DNA of 62,844 nucleotides, filler included, from Rhabdomonas costata (Eukaryota): assembly GCA_019059605.1 (NCBI GenBank). It is 46 parts of 46 records of this genome, joined end to end, with 100 filler letters (N's around TTAATTAATTAA, not from the genome) between each part and the next. Parts side by side here need not be neighbours in the genome. Positions count along the whole stretch, not along the records: positions 1 to 1,269 come from JAHMHO010021237.1; positions 1,370 to 2,640 come from JAHMHO010021238.1; positions 2,741 to 4,009 come from JAHMHO010021239.1; positions 4,110 to 5,378 come from JAHMHO010021240.1; positions 5,479 to 6,747 come from JAHMHO010021241.1; positions 6,848 to 8,116 come from JAHMHO010021242.1; positions 8,217 to 9,485 come from JAHMHO010021243.1; positions 9,586 to 10,854 come from JAHMHO010021244.1; 38 more parts are not named here. The stretch is one strand, 5' to 3'. Positions within the stretch are counted from its first letter, which is position 1. Each line of letters begins with the position of its first letter. The notes beneath the pieces are model-generated. The model made no database searches, was not told where the DNA came from, and was given only the letters and a program-made list of their open reading frames with translations. The position numbers and the translations under genes are program-made. Of the stretch, positions 1-13,691 are shown piece by piece.

Positions 1-1269
1 GTGTTTTGTGAACTTATGAAGAGCATTTCCTTTATGAACGGCTGTTGCTCTTGTTCGTGGAATTGCTTTTATGATTAGATTGAAGTTCGGGATCACAAGG
101 TAGCAAGGTAGCACCTCGGAGCTTTTGTCTGTTGTCTGTTGTCCTTTGAATTCATCGATCCAAATGAAGGTCCAGGTGTTTCTGGATGCGGCGTGCCACC
201 TTTTGCTTTTAATCATCGTTATAGTTGGAAAATGACAGTTTAACACGATCATTTAGCACGATCGCAACTAGGCGCGAAGTTCTATTGCTAGAGTTGATTT
301 CTCTTGTTCTCTGTGGAGCTTTTGGTGCTTTCTCGTGCTGTATAGACAAATGTATTGATTATACCGGAAACGGCGCAAGAGAAGCAAGCCGAAGCGCCCT
401 TAAATGAGAAGAATACTGCGGAACACGAAATAGGATGCCATACGACAAATATGGACATAAACGCAAGCAACTTTCCATTTGTATCAGCAAATTAGACATC
501 AGCCCACCTTAATTGTGGTCGACACATCCACTCTGAAAAATGGTAGTTTCAATTGTTATCCTCACTCTACATGCAGGTCACAGTGCAAATAAAAACAAGC
601 GATAATGAAATCTCTATTTCCGGTGGAAAAGAAACGAAGAGCCAGAGAAAGAACGTAAAAGCTCCATCTTGTAGTGAGCATCAAATCTCCAAAATCAATA
701 CACAAAGGTCTCAGAGTGTTGCCAGGCTATGTATGCACCCTTCAGTATATATAGATCACACTGGAGACACGAGTCAATGCCTTTTTTCAAAGAAGATTCA
801 CATCCTGGCACGCAAAAATGCTGTGCAGGACGCTCTTGGATGTGTTTTTTTGGATCTTTGGTTAACATGCACGACAATGTATCACTGATTTAAGTCAATC
901 AATGAAAGTCTCCAACTTCATTCAAACGTCTCATTGACACTTACAAAATGACGATTTTTGCAATAGTGTGGCACGGAGTGCTGTCTGAAGTAGTTTCAGC
1001 ACGTTGAATGGAATGAATAAGGCATGCATAAATTGAGTTGCATACAATGCCAACTTGATACAAAAGCGACTGTCAATATTTCTCCTTTCTGCCTTTCTGC
1101 TCTTTCGGTCATCCCCGTCTTTTCAGACAACTTTTCTTTTCAAAACTACTTGCAGGATGTCTAATTGCAAAACGCGTCTGCACCACACTGGCGTTGCAAT
1201 CTGAGGCATCTTATTGCAGTTTGATAATAACATGACATTTTATCAGAGCCTTTTTTTCTTACCGAAGTC

Positions 1270-1369
1270 NNNNNNNNNNNNNNNNNNNNNNNNNNNNNNN
1301 NNNNNNNNNNNNNTTAATTAATTAANNNNNNNNNNNNNNNNNNNNNNNNNNNNNNNNNNNNNNNNNNNN
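1270..1369. other. Artificial contig-joining spacer (N44-TTAATTAATTAA-N44), first of ~45 copies spaced ~1.37 kb apart
   Basis: The same spacer, with stops in all six frames, recurs throughout the window. The pieces between spacers are all ~1267-1271 bp, consistent with length-sorted concatenated contigs. Confidence 0.99.
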
Positions 1370-2740
1370 GGTGTGTTGTAGCGAACGGCCTTGTAACTGT
1401 CACCTTGGGAGCCTATTCCAAGTTTCCCTCTGCCCTCCCCCCTCCCGCAGCTCCAGGGGAAGCCAGGAAAGCTCGAAGTAGGCTCCCAAGGTGACAGTTA
1501 CAAGGCCGTTCGCTGCAACACAGAAAAACGTGAGTGTAGCCTGATCAAGCCAAGGTATGCTAACATACTGCACGACTCTATTTCCAAGCAAAAAAAGCAG
1601 AGGGGGAGGGGGGGGCACCCCGAAGGGGATCAGCTTTGCCAGCTTCTGCAGCACAAACCCGAGGCTGACGCATGGGCCCACAACGGTGAAGGCGCGGTGG
1701 GTGTTCGTGCCCATCGGCCCAAAGGAGGCCGGCCTGCAAAGGGGCAGCCACACATCAGCGCATTCAATGCGATACTGAAGCCGAGGGTATGACAGGCATA
1801 GGGGGATATCCACAGCTAGTTTTCCCGCAAACCATAAGCCACCCGTCACCACTGATGTGACTGCAGTTATGATTTGGCTGCCCTTTCCTTGAGCAATGCA
1901 ACGTTGTCAGAAAAACTAGAGCCGGTGTCTTGTCAAAAGTGAGTGGTGAAAACGGCGGCCAAAGCATCATGCACATACCCCGCAGCAGGCACCCAAACCA
2001 CATGCACACAAGGAAAACGTGTGCAAATTGCACACAAGACAAAGGCAACAGTGGCGCTTCAAAGATAAGCATCACAAGCAGCCCTGATCACACAATTTAA
2101 AATGGGACATTTTTTTGGGTATTCTTAAACCCTCTGTGAGTCTACACGTACACACTGACTTTTTGATAACCCTTCCATTTTTTCCAACTTTCATTCTGGA
2201 ACGGGCAATTATATTGTCGACCAAAACCCTCTGATTAGGGCCGCTCTTTTTATTTGCAAAAAAAAACTTTTGGCCTGATTTTTTTTGCAGTTTTCTTTTG
2301 TATCTCATAACTAGGGTTCGCTGGTTCTTGAGGCCATTCCCGAGCGATCAGGTCCGACGAGAGAGGTGTGGGGCACAAGCACTCCACTGATTTTCCGACG
2401 TGCCAGCAACTTGGTACGCAACCCTGAACGTCATAGAGCGCTGCCTGACAGTCGCAAGGAACAACAAAGCCTATCCCACATTCGCAACGGAAACACGGAA
2501 ACATGCTCAAGAAGAAGCGAAGACCAGAACACACAAACATTCACAGAAATGCACAGCCAATGCACGGCACTTGAGCACTGCACCATTTCCCCCCTGATTT
2601 TCCCCTGATTAACCCTTTCGCCCTTCTTTTAACCAAAAACNNNNNNNNNNNNNNNNNNNNNNNNNNNNNNNNNNNNNNNNNNNNTTAATTAATTAANNNN
2701 NNNNNNNNNNNNNNNNNNNNNNNNNNNNNNNNNNNNNNNN

Positions 2741-3560
2741 GTTTGGTGCGCATCTTCGCGCTCTTGGTCACGGTGGTTTGGAAGCTAGTCTATACCAGTA
2801 CCTGTCCCCTAGTTTGACTACCATGCAAAAGACCACACCTTACCTATCCAGGTGATGGAAATCGGCACCGCATGATTGCTGACTTGGTTATTTTAAGCTT
2901 CTCATCCTGCCGCATCCTGTGTGACTTATGGCCGGGCCCTCTTTACTTGCTTTAAAGGCAAAAACGGCCCGGTAGCCGATTCATTCCGAGGAAGTGAAGG
3001 CAGTGATCGTTTGGCACAAGTTACTGCTGCGTTGGGAATGCGATTGATCATGAGCTCATCTGCCAAACGTTCCTTTTAGAGCCTGGACAGTTTGATATGC
3101 AGGGGTCGAATATTTATAACCAAATAACCGCCGAGTATTTTAAGGAAAAAAGGACGCCTCATAGCAGAGAGACAAAGTTACCTGGTACCAGGACTCATCC
3201 CGCAGATTACACTTAATAAATGGAATGATTCATCACCACGTTGCCGGGAGAGGTGGATCTGAAGAAGCGGCCTCAGCCATACAGCCAGGTAAGGTAAGAG
3301 ACTTTCACTCCATAACTCCACAGATCACGGTGAAATACCAAGGTCTTGCACCATTGTTCATCTAGTACTAACTCATGCCGCGAATCGCAACCTCTTCTGG
3401 ACTCAACAACACACTAGTCTTGAACGCCCGTATTGCGGAGGATCCATGGAAAGGCTTCGCTTGCTTCGTGAAAAAACGTCAATCCGTCATGGTGAACGGA
3501 AGGCCCTGCTAATTGGTTGGAACCACTGGATCCTATAGAAGAGGGTATCTTCTCTTATTC
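2741..3560 (+). mobile_element. Highly degenerate LTR-retrotransposon integrase relic
   Basis: Frameshifted motifs appear in the expected order: HLRALGHGG (HHCC-like), a CxxC remnant, a D-x-x-GPL-like segment, DMQGSN (SDQGxxF-like), THPQ (YHPQ-like) and LEP..GSYR (GPY-like). Many stops. Confidence 0.5.
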
Positions 3561-5729
3561 CACATTGGGTTAAAAAAATCCATCTATTCCAATCAGTTGC
3601 TGGTAGTAATCTAGAAAGAGTCGAGATCGAAGGATCAGAAAGCGACGTCGCTACGAATGCTTGGCCGCCACAAGCCAGTTATCTATTTGGTAACGTTTAC
3701 TTCACCTCTTGATTTGGGCAATCTGGAACCCTATAACTACACAAGAAAAATATCGATAGGCCTTGCTTTCACGAGTCTTATTATCACTAAAATCTTACCA
3801 TAAATTGAGCTTTTGACCTTCTCCTCCTGCTGATTTCGGGTCACCATGATCCAGACTTCATGACAACAGTGTTGCAATGAACAGGTTTGCCGACCCAGCC
3901 AAACTCCACGTCTGCAGCTGTCTTCAACGATACAAGTGCACAGATTGTAGTTAACAAGCGACCCAACCACATGCATTTTTATGCAGACACAGCTGTAACC
4001 AGACACAACNNNNNNNNNNNNNNNNNNNNNNNNNNNNNNNNNNNNNNNNNNNNTTAATTAATTAANNNNNNNNNNNNNNNNNNNNNNNNNNNNNNNNNNN
4101 NNNNNNNNNGTGTGGTTGTAGTAGGGTGGTTGGCATCCTAGCGTAGGGCTTGCTGGCATTCCAACTTAGGCGTGTCTTACCCTAGTAGTAGTATGCTGTG
4201 TGTCACTTTGACTATGTTGTGGTGGTGGTGTGGGTCCGAAGTTGGGTGGTGGTGTCGACCTCAGCATGGCATCCGTGTCACAACGGTATCAGCCCATGGT
4301 GTGTGGATGTCATCCCTACCAGTACCCCATCAACATCATGCGTCTATGTTAGGGTGTTGTGTGTGTCGATTCCTGGGCCCTGTTGTTGGAGGTTGGTGTG
4401 ACGCTGGTTCCTGAGGCCTTCTGTGTGTTGGTAGTGGTGATGGAGTGATGATGGAGTTCTGATGGAGTGATGGCCGTGTGGTGGTTGAGGGGTTCGTGGG
4501 GTGGTTGGAGGGTGAGGGCATCGTGAGTTGAGGCAGAGAGTGAGAAGGATCAGCATGACTGCAGTAGAAGAAGCAAGAACTCAGCATGACTCCCTACTAC
4601 AGCATGCCCCTGGTACCTCGTGACATGCCTTCGTGTCAACCATCACCTTCACCTTAACCCGTACTCTCTAACTCAGGTATTCCACTCCGGCTACGCCTGG
4701 TCGGAGTGAACGCAGGGGCCTTATGGCTGTGGAATGAGCGAAGAGACACGTACCGTTGAAGCCTCGAACCACCACACCCACTGTGCCGGTTGCCTCATCC
4801 AAGGGGTAGGGTGATGGTGTGCATGTATCCCACTCTCTGCCTTCGTGTGGATGTTGAAGCTGAGATACCCAATTGTGAGATACCCAATACATTCATTAGT
4901 GGGCTGCCCGGGCTTCGTGCACCCTTACTCCGCCCCCGCATGGCAACGCGGACGGTGTGCTAGCCTACAAAATGTTCCCAGCTGGTCATGGTGTCATGCG
5001 TAATGCATGTACGGCAGGGTTTAGGGTTAAACGTCAGGCGTTGAGCGGAAACAACAACACCAGACCGGGACTGGGACTGGGTGCACTGGATCCCCCTGCT
5101 GCTTGTAGCGACCACCTCAGAGTCTCAGCGACCGTGTGCACAAAGGACAACCTCAATGCTATTCACTCAGCAACTTTTCTGGCGCATGTATATCCATTTC
5201 GCCACTGGTACCCCCCTCGCAACTTTCACCGCGTCAAAAAAAAATTGAGCTGCACCTGTTTTCATCGCGGTATGTGTGCCTTTCAGTCGCGCGGCAACCA
5301 GAGTTCCGGCACAGTCTCCAGCGAGCATTCCCCCGGGAAAGCTCAATCGGGGCAAGCACTGCAGCCCGCCCACAAACANNNNNNNNNNNNNNNNNNNNNN
5401 NNNNNNNNNNNNNNNNNNNNNNTTAATTAATTAANNNNNNNNNNNNNNNNNNNNNNNNNNNNNNNNNNNNNNNNNNNNTTTGCCTTAAATTCCCAGATTC
5501 ATCTCCAATGTAATACTAGTCAGAAATAGCCGAAAGGCTGTGGCGAGCGACCGCGAGGCACCCACCGTGGCTTGCCCACAGCCTTTCGGCTATTTCTGAC
5601 TAGTATTACATTGGAGATGAATCTGGGAATTTAAGGCAAAACAAACCAAGAGCACCGCAGAACACTCCAATGGGCTTTTTCTTTTTTCCGAGGCGATGCA
5701 TGAGCGTGGGCCGCATATGGAAGTGTGGC

Positions 5730-6003
5730 GATGAGCTTTCTTTGTTGCGGAGTGCGTTGTTGACGTCAGAGACAAACTTTTGGCACCCACCCTTCCAGTA
5801 GATAGGGTCTCACGGTACGCGAAGCGCTTCGTGAGCGAGAGCTACACGAGGTTTCCAGGTCAACTCCAACAACAATGCTGGCAGAGAGTCGCAGTCGTGC
5901 ACCGCATAGTGGTGGCTCGGCAGCTAGGGGCAGCTTATTCACAGGCGGGGGGCCTGTCGGTGTCACCATTTCCCGGCGATGAACCGGTGGAGATGGACCC
6001 GTA
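5730..6003 (+). mobile_element. 3' end of CRE-like non-LTR retrotransposon (restriction-like endonuclease C-terminus), degenerate
   Basis: FAECVVDV... followed by GQLQQQCWQRVAVVHRIVVARQLG, resembling the RLE terminal WQRxSVALxR motif. A related copy lies at 35380-35484 (-). Confidence 0.55.
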
Positions 6004-8400
6004 AAGCCCCCGACCTCCCCCCATCTCTAATTGTAAACGACAGCCTGTTAGTGAGTTCGCAGGTTGGTTGATGGGGTTTTTGGTTTGTTCGCTTGTTCGC
6101 TTGTTTGCTTGTTTATTTGTTCCACCGCGTTCGCATCTTCTTCGAGTTCCACCGCGGTCCCTTCCCTTTCCGCTCACGTATTTGTTTCTTGTGAGTCCGC
6201 TATTTGCGAGCGGAATTTGAGACCGCCTTGGCGGATTCCCGCCTTTTCCCTTTCCGGTCTTTGGCATTGACCGAGCTCGCAGTGATTACGTCCCCTTTTG
6301 CTCTCTTGTTTTCTCTTGCGCGCGCGTTTGAGTGGAAACTTGAGAACCACCATTCTAAAAAAAAAAAAATTAAGGGCCGGGGGACGACCCAAAGCGAGCT
6401 TTCAAAAGAAAAAACAAGCCCACACAAAAAATTCAGTTCAAAGTTCAATTGAAAGTTCAATGCGATGACCTCAGGAAAGGTAAAAAAGAGGTCAAAGTTG
6501 AATTCAAACTCAAATTCAAAATGTTTGCTATATGAGGCAACTACACTGGGCACTCAGCCGGGCTAGGGCCTTGAGGTGGCCTCTGCGCAACCCAGCCTGC
6601 CGAATGGCCTCGCCCATTCTTTTTTCCTTGTTTTTCTTCTGTTCTATCTGTCGGGGGTCCTCCTCCTAGGGTGGGTTCCAGGTCTTTTTTCTTTCGTCGA
6701 AACACAGCTTCAAACATTCATCAGGAATCCAAACTCTCGTCGCCTTCNNNNNNNNNNNNNNNNNNNNNNNNNNNNNNNNNNNNNNNNNNNNTTAATTAAT
6801 TAANNNNNNNNNNNNNNNNNNNNNNNNNNNNNNNNNNNNNNNNNNNNAGGCTCTCCTGAACGCCGGTGCTAGCGTGGGTCTTCCGGTGTGTGCAGTGTGT
6901 TTTGCCTCCTGAAACAGAGCTTGACATCTGTGCGAATTCGAAATGAGTTGCCCATTGCATGGGTATAGGCTTCCTACAATCTTACTTCTGCATGGGCTCT
7001 TCCCCTCTATCATTCCTCCGCAAAGAAGGCCTTGCCAGCCGCCCGTTTTATTCTTGTGCGAGTCTGGGCTGTGCTCTGCATCGTTTGCTGTCAAGCGCTG
7101 CATGACTTTCCGAGTGGGCTGACTCGCACTTTATATCTTCGTAGTTGCTATGGTATTTGTCGGGGTGCGTGCCTACAGCCTCAACAGGACGAACCGCAAT
7201 GTTGTTGTGCCTTTTCAGGAAGGAACTTGGAAGGGGGTGGGGTGTGCCCAACCTTTTTGTCCAATGACAGTATTGGGGTACTTTGGAGCACTGCAAGAAA
7301 TCAGCCCCCCTCTCCTACACATGGATACCCTCCAATGTATTGGTGTATCCTTATCCTCCACTGTGTGGTTTGTGTTTAGGACACGGAAGGGAGAACTGCC
7401 TTGCACGTCGCCGCAGGAAGGTTCCGGGGATTACGCACAACAGGATCATTAGCTCATAAATTGGGCGAGTGTCGTAACTCAAACCACTGTTAAGTTAGGG
7501 AAGTGGGTATTTTCTCTGGCACTGCCACCTCCGCTAAACTTTCCTTTATGAGTGCCTCAAGTGCAACTTTCATTCCAATACAATCACTGCAGCGACAGTG
7601 TGCTCTGCCGATGCCCGGGGCGGCTGCAGCAGGAGCTTGTGGAGCTTCTGGAAAAACGTTGGGCTACAGATTGCAAGAGGCAAGGGCCTCCATCGCCATT
7701 TGTATACCCACAACAACCACAAGCGCACGCACCCACGCAAACACGCACACGCACACACACAGCACAGTGCCTGAATGGTTGAGCTGGCGCTGAGCTTCAG
7801 GAGGGTTCCACGGCCGGCTGGCTTCCGGTGAACAGTGGAAATGCGTTTGGGGGCTGATCCTCAAAGTAAGGCGTTTGAATCCACAGCTAAGTGTGCCCCA
7901 GAAGATTCTGTGCAAAGAATCAGTGTGCCCCACCACTTTACACCGAAGGGCATAGTTAGTTCCACTATCCCAAAGCAAGGCTCATTCAAAAGGCACTCTT
8001 GCGTGATAAAAAGTACCGTGTAAGCCCATTCTGCCTCACACAGACACACCACTGTGCCTTATCACCACATCTCTTTGTGTGGCCGCAGAAGGGCAGCTCC
8101 CCAGTGACACAACACCNNNNNNNNNNNNNNNNNNNNNNNNNNNNNNNNNNNNNNNNNNNNTTAATTAATTAANNNNNNNNNNNNNNNNNNNNNNNNNNNN
8201 NNNNNNNNNNNNNNNNTGTGTTTTTGTACGAAAAAAGAGATGGAAAAAGGTGTTTCCAGATTCTCTGCGGGCCGAGTCAGTAAACGTAACTGGAAAAAGT
8301 TTGAGGAAAATGGTGGTATTCGGAAGAAGTATGAGGTAGGATTGAATAGAATTTCAAATTGCCCACGCTATCGGGTTTCTTCTATCTTCTTCTATCTTAG

Positions 8401-8834
8401 CGATCAAGTTTACCCACGACGGCACTGTGGTCATCTCCTGTGAAGTGGACGAGCCGCGCGAGTGGTGCATTATCGAGGTCGTGGACACGGGGATCGGGCT
8501 CTCTGAGGATGCCCTGGCGCGGCTGTTCCAGCCCTTCACCCAGGCGGACAGCTCGATCACCCGCCGCTACGGGGGCACCGGGATGGGCCTGGTGATCTCT
8601 CAAAGGCTTGCGCGCCGGATGCATGGCGAACCGACCGTAACCAGTGCGGGTGAGGGGTTGGGCTGCCGATTCACCGTCCGGCTTCCGTGCTTCTGCCCCG
8701 AGGCGCCCGAGGAGCTGCGGGGGGACCTGGACTTGAGTCCGACCGAGCTGCCGTTAGCAGGGGGCGGAGAGCATCCCGTGATTGTTGTGGACCATCTCGC
8801 GGTGAGACGGCAGGCAACGGCGGAGCTGCTTCAG
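8401..8834 (+). CDS. Hybrid sensor histidine kinase, internal exon (HATPase_c plus start of receiver-like domain)
   Basis: AG|..|GT exon encoding (A)IKFT (N box), DTGIG (G1), LFQPFTQAD (F), RRYGGTGMGL (G2) and GLGCRF, then VIVVDH..RRQAT. Confidence 0.93.
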
Positions 8835-9629
8835 GTCAGGGCATCCGGACCTACGGCCCTTGTGCTGCACTATTCGCTTGGCCTTTTTCCTTTTGGGTTT
8901 ACCATTTGAAAAGCAAGGTTTGTTCCGATATTTCTGGGAAACAACGTCTTAGGAGATCTACAACATTTTGGCATGTGCACAGGTATAGCTTGCACTGGGA
9001 TATAAGGTTATTTCTAGTGGCTGCGCTCAGTAACATCTTTGTGCTTTGCTAGTCAATCGGGGTGGAGCCTTTTAGTTGGCGAACCGGAAGGATTCTTTAT
9101 AGCCCTTACTTTTTGGTGACCTTGTGCCGAAAATGTGACACTATCTTACCTTTACTGGCGTTTTTATGGGGAGAAAAGGTTTCCTGTGCGACAAATGTGA
9201 ACTTGAGTGGGAATAGTAGTAGTAGGAGTACTCGCCTGAAACCACAATAACCAAGCTCTTTAGGGCACGCAAACTCGCCATTTCCGTTTCCGTGTCGAAT
9301 GTGGTCTGGAGCCCTAGTACAGGCCGTGAAGTAGTTTTTTTATGCCCAATTGGGTTGGCAAGTGTTTTCCATGCAACGCATTCGGGATTGCTGGGTCAGA
9401 CCCTGACTTTTTGAGTTCACCATATAAAAGTGTCCAGCGCGATATTATATTCTTTGAAGTGCGAAATAAGTACAACCACCACCACNNNNNNNNNNNNNNN
9501 NNNNNNNNNNNNNNNNNNNNNNNNNNNNNTTAATTAATTAANNNNNNNNNNNNNNNNNNNNNNNNNNNNNNNNNNNNNNNNNNNNTTTGGGTGGGTGCGT
9601 ATGGGTGTATGGGCGGGGGATCCCCTCCC

Positions 9630-9983
9630 CCGCAAAAACACTGATAGGGAATTGCGAGAGGTTTTCTTTTTCTCAGATGGTTTCAAGCCATCCAGGAAAG
9701 CAAAAAAAGAAATTGTTGCTGTAGATTCTGTGAAGCATGTCAAAATGTTAAAAATGTACAGGAGGAGTGGGCGATGGTGGTGGAGGGTGTCGTGGGGTGG
9801 TTGGAGCGTGAGTTCGGGTGTGGGGTGTGGAGTTGGGGCTCGGATTCTGGCCCCTCCGCCGCGAAAACACTGATAGGGAATTGCGAGAGGTTTCCTTTTT
9901 CTCAGATGGTTTCAAGCCATACAGGAAAACAGAAAAGAAATTGTTGCTGTAAATTCTGTGAAGCATGTCAAAATGTTAAAAAT
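9630..9983 (+). repeat. Diverged direct repeat, ~126-bp core, period ~228 bp, in a dynein intron
   Basis: 9630-9755 and 9859-9983 align with scattered substitutions. Confidence 0.9.
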
Positions 9984-10319
9984 CCTGAAAAGGCCTGTAA
10001 AAGACCTCTAGGGTAGCTATAAACCGAAGCATTTCGGTAGTACTACGACCCAATCTTGCCTGCTGATTTTCCACCTTCCTCATTCTGTATTCACTTTTTG
10101 TTAGTGTGGCACGTGCCCCCCCGCCTGACTGCCCATCTGCTTAGAAACTGTTATCGTGCGCCCCTCTGTGCTACTGCTCCCCGTGGACTCATGTGCCGTT
10201 GTGTTGCCGTTGTGTTTTTCCGTTTCCACCTCAAAAAACAAAAGTTTCCACTCGGAAACTTTCCTTTTCTGTTGCGATGGGTAGTCTTTCCCGGGTTGCC
10301 GAGCCGCGCACGCGCTCAG

Positions 10320-10854
10320 GACGACATCAACGAGGAGACCTGTGAGCTGCTGCTCCCATACCTGCAGATGGAAGACTTCAACACGACGCGCGCTAGGCAG
10401 GCCAGCGGCAACGTGGCCGGGTGTGTTAACGCACTTCTGCTGTGCAAGTTGTTAGTATTTGAGGTGAGTTTTATGTATAACGGTCTGTGGCAACGGAAAG
10501 TGGGTCCTTTTGCACAAAAACCTAAAAACCTGTTTCTTTTTGGAACGTATTCTTTCGTAAAAATGCACCTTTGATTGTAACTTGGAGAAACCGATTCGGA
10601 GTCCTGTTGGCAGTGATTGTACGCATGCGTTAGGTGGTGTGCTTTGGAGTGAAGTTGGGCAGGGAACGGAATGGAATGGAAGTTGCCGCATTGGCTTGAG
10701 GGCCTCCCTAAGTCACCATTAATTTGGATGTGAATTCGGAGGCAGTTCACTTCTTACTACACAGGCTGTGCACCTGGGTACGCGCGATGCATACCTACCA
10801 CAACATCGCCAAGTTTGTCGCTCCGAAGATCGAGGCCCTCCGTGAGGCCGAAGG
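10320..10854 (+). CDS. Axonemal dynein heavy chain (outer-arm gamma/DNAH5-8-like), stalk/microtubule-binding region, 2 exons
   Basis: Exons 10320-10420 and 10765-10854 splice via GT-AG to DDINEETCELLLPYLQMEDFNTTRARQASGNVAG|LCTWVRAMHTYHNIAKFVAPKIEALREAE. Confidence 0.92.
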
Positions 10855-11043
10855 NNNNNNNNNNNNNNNNNNNNNNNNNNNNNNNNNNNNNNNNNNNNTT
10901 AATTAATTAANNNNNNNNNNNNNNNNNNNNNNNNNNNNNNNNNNNNNNNNNNNNTGGGTGGGTTGGGTGGTTTGGTAAAAAAAAAAGTCCAAAAAGAAAA
11001 ATAAATGGAGAGGAAAGTGAAAAATCTGCATATTGCACTTTTA

Positions 11044-12015
<972 letters not shown>

Positions 12016-12484
12016 CTGCTCGAAAGCAAAAAAAAAAAATGCAAGAGATACAAAACACCCCAGGACTGCTTCAGCTGTGCCCAATGATGCTGAATGTTAG
12101 AAAAAAAAGAGAGAAACCAATGCAGAAAATCAACTCGCCAGCCCTCATATGATCGTCTTTAAATTTTTCTGCGCCGGTTGTCTCCTTTGCTTCTGGCCAA
12201 AAAAAAAATTAGCACAAAAACAANNNNNNNNNNNNNNNNNNNNNNNNNNNNNNNNNNNNNNNNNNNNTTAATTAATTAANNNNNNNNNNNNNNNNNNNNN
12301 NNNNNNNNNNNNNNNNNNNNNNNAAAAAGCAAGAGGGGGGGGGGGGTTGCCGGCTTTTTTTCGCCGATGAGCTGCCCGGTTTCGAGGTGATACGGGCAAA
12401 ATACCATGGAAAAGCCGTCGCGGTGCTCTTGCTTGAAATGCATGCCTTTCGTATCTCCTCAGATTTTCGTCCTCCTCTTTTCTT

Positions 12485-13540
12485 ATGATGTCAGGCTCCT
12501 CGGCTCTTTTTGCTGTCGGTGTGTGGACAGGCGAGCAGATACGCGATGGGGATGCGAACCGTCCTTTGGACTGGACGCTTGCTCTGACTCCGAAGAAGTC
12601 AAAGCCGTCTGCTTTTGGTGCTTCAACTTTTTTGGACAATGTCCATTGTCTCTCTGTGCTCGAGGGGTCATATGATCCCGTGTCTATGAAAGTGAATCTC
12701 GAGGAGAAGGGGACTGGTACCGTATACGATGGAAAACTCACTTTTCAAACAATTGCGACTGAGAGTGCCGGTGAGGCGCCCGTACTGTCAATTCGGGGGA
12801 AGTGGTTCCGTGGTCCTGTCTCCGGGAGTTTTGTGGTTGTCCTTGAGCAGGATGATTTTGCGACTCATATATCTGGGCTGTGGCTAGGAGAAGCTGTTCC
12901 AGCTCCAGAGCTGAGTTCCTTCCATATTCCCATCAACCCAATCAACTGGGTTTTGTCGATCCGCCTTGCTTCCCGAATGGTGATTGGCGCTGGGTACTTT
13001 GACGATGCTGCTGATGTTGTAGATACGCCAGTGCTGTTTTACACTCTTCAAGGTTCGCTGTGCATCAGCCCCGAAGAAGAATCCAAAATTACGGCTTGCA
13101 TGGTAAAGAACTACGGAGAAGTTAACTCCATTCATCACGAACTTCCCTACGAAGGATGTATAAAACTCAAAGATTCTTTCTGGAGCTTTTGTGGAACCTG
13201 GAGAAATCCGCTTGGTGGTTCTCATGGAACTTTCTTTGCAAAGCTTCAGTCTTTGGGTTCAACCTCACCTCATTTGTTGATCTGCGAGGTGTGTGGAAAA
13301 CTTGTGTTTCCAGGAGACACTCGGTGGGTGTGCCCTGTCTGCGTAGGCGTTCCCTTCTCCACGTGCTCCGGGTGCCACATTTCTGACGGGGCTTTTGCTC
13401 ATGAACACTACGTCAGTATGAAGCCCATGGCAGCATCTGAGCGAAGTGCCGCACAGGGAAGATGTTGTGCAGAAGTTATTAAAGACGCCTTTCTGCGCTT
13501 TTCTGAAAGACCGTTGATTTATTTCGTCGCGGAATCGAAG
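12485..13540 (+). CDS. First exon of a multidomain protein: 2x beta-barrel-like repeat, ZZ-type zinc finger, probable start of an AMP-binding domain
   Basis: Open frame of ~350 codons from ATG to AAG|GTATT. Internal repeat GxWxG..W.L...GA...L.GS...K...Y.G...GxW...GxF, then CEVC-x11-CPVC-x7-CSGC-x8-HEH, then EVIKDAFLRFSERPL. Confidence 0.8.
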
Positions 13541-13691
13541 GTATTCAGAAAAGCGCAGAAAGGCGTCTTTAATAACTTCTGCACAACACCCCNNNNNNNN
13601 NNNNNNNNNNNNNNNNNNNNNNNNNNNNNNNNNNNNTTAATTAATTAANNNNNNNNNNNNNNNNNNNNNNNNNNNNNNNNNNNNNNNNNNN

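Noticed and set aside
1-1269. Decayed DNA transposase on the minus strand
   Set aside because: AT-rich with many stops, and no diagnostic motif could be fixed.
5479-5640. Long near-perfect inverted repeats as MITEs or miRNA hairpins (also 1372-1521, 24649-24708, 27162-27254, 41066-41333, 50382-50530, 53129-53265, 61415-61474)
   Set aside because: All abut contig ends and involve unrelated sequences. One duplicates gypsy coding sequence. This is typical of amplification fold-back chimeras.
6556-6615. HDV-like ribozyme
   Set aside because: There is partial P1/P2-like pairing and a CGAATGG segment, but the J1/4 GG and P4 are missing and P1 has a mismatch.
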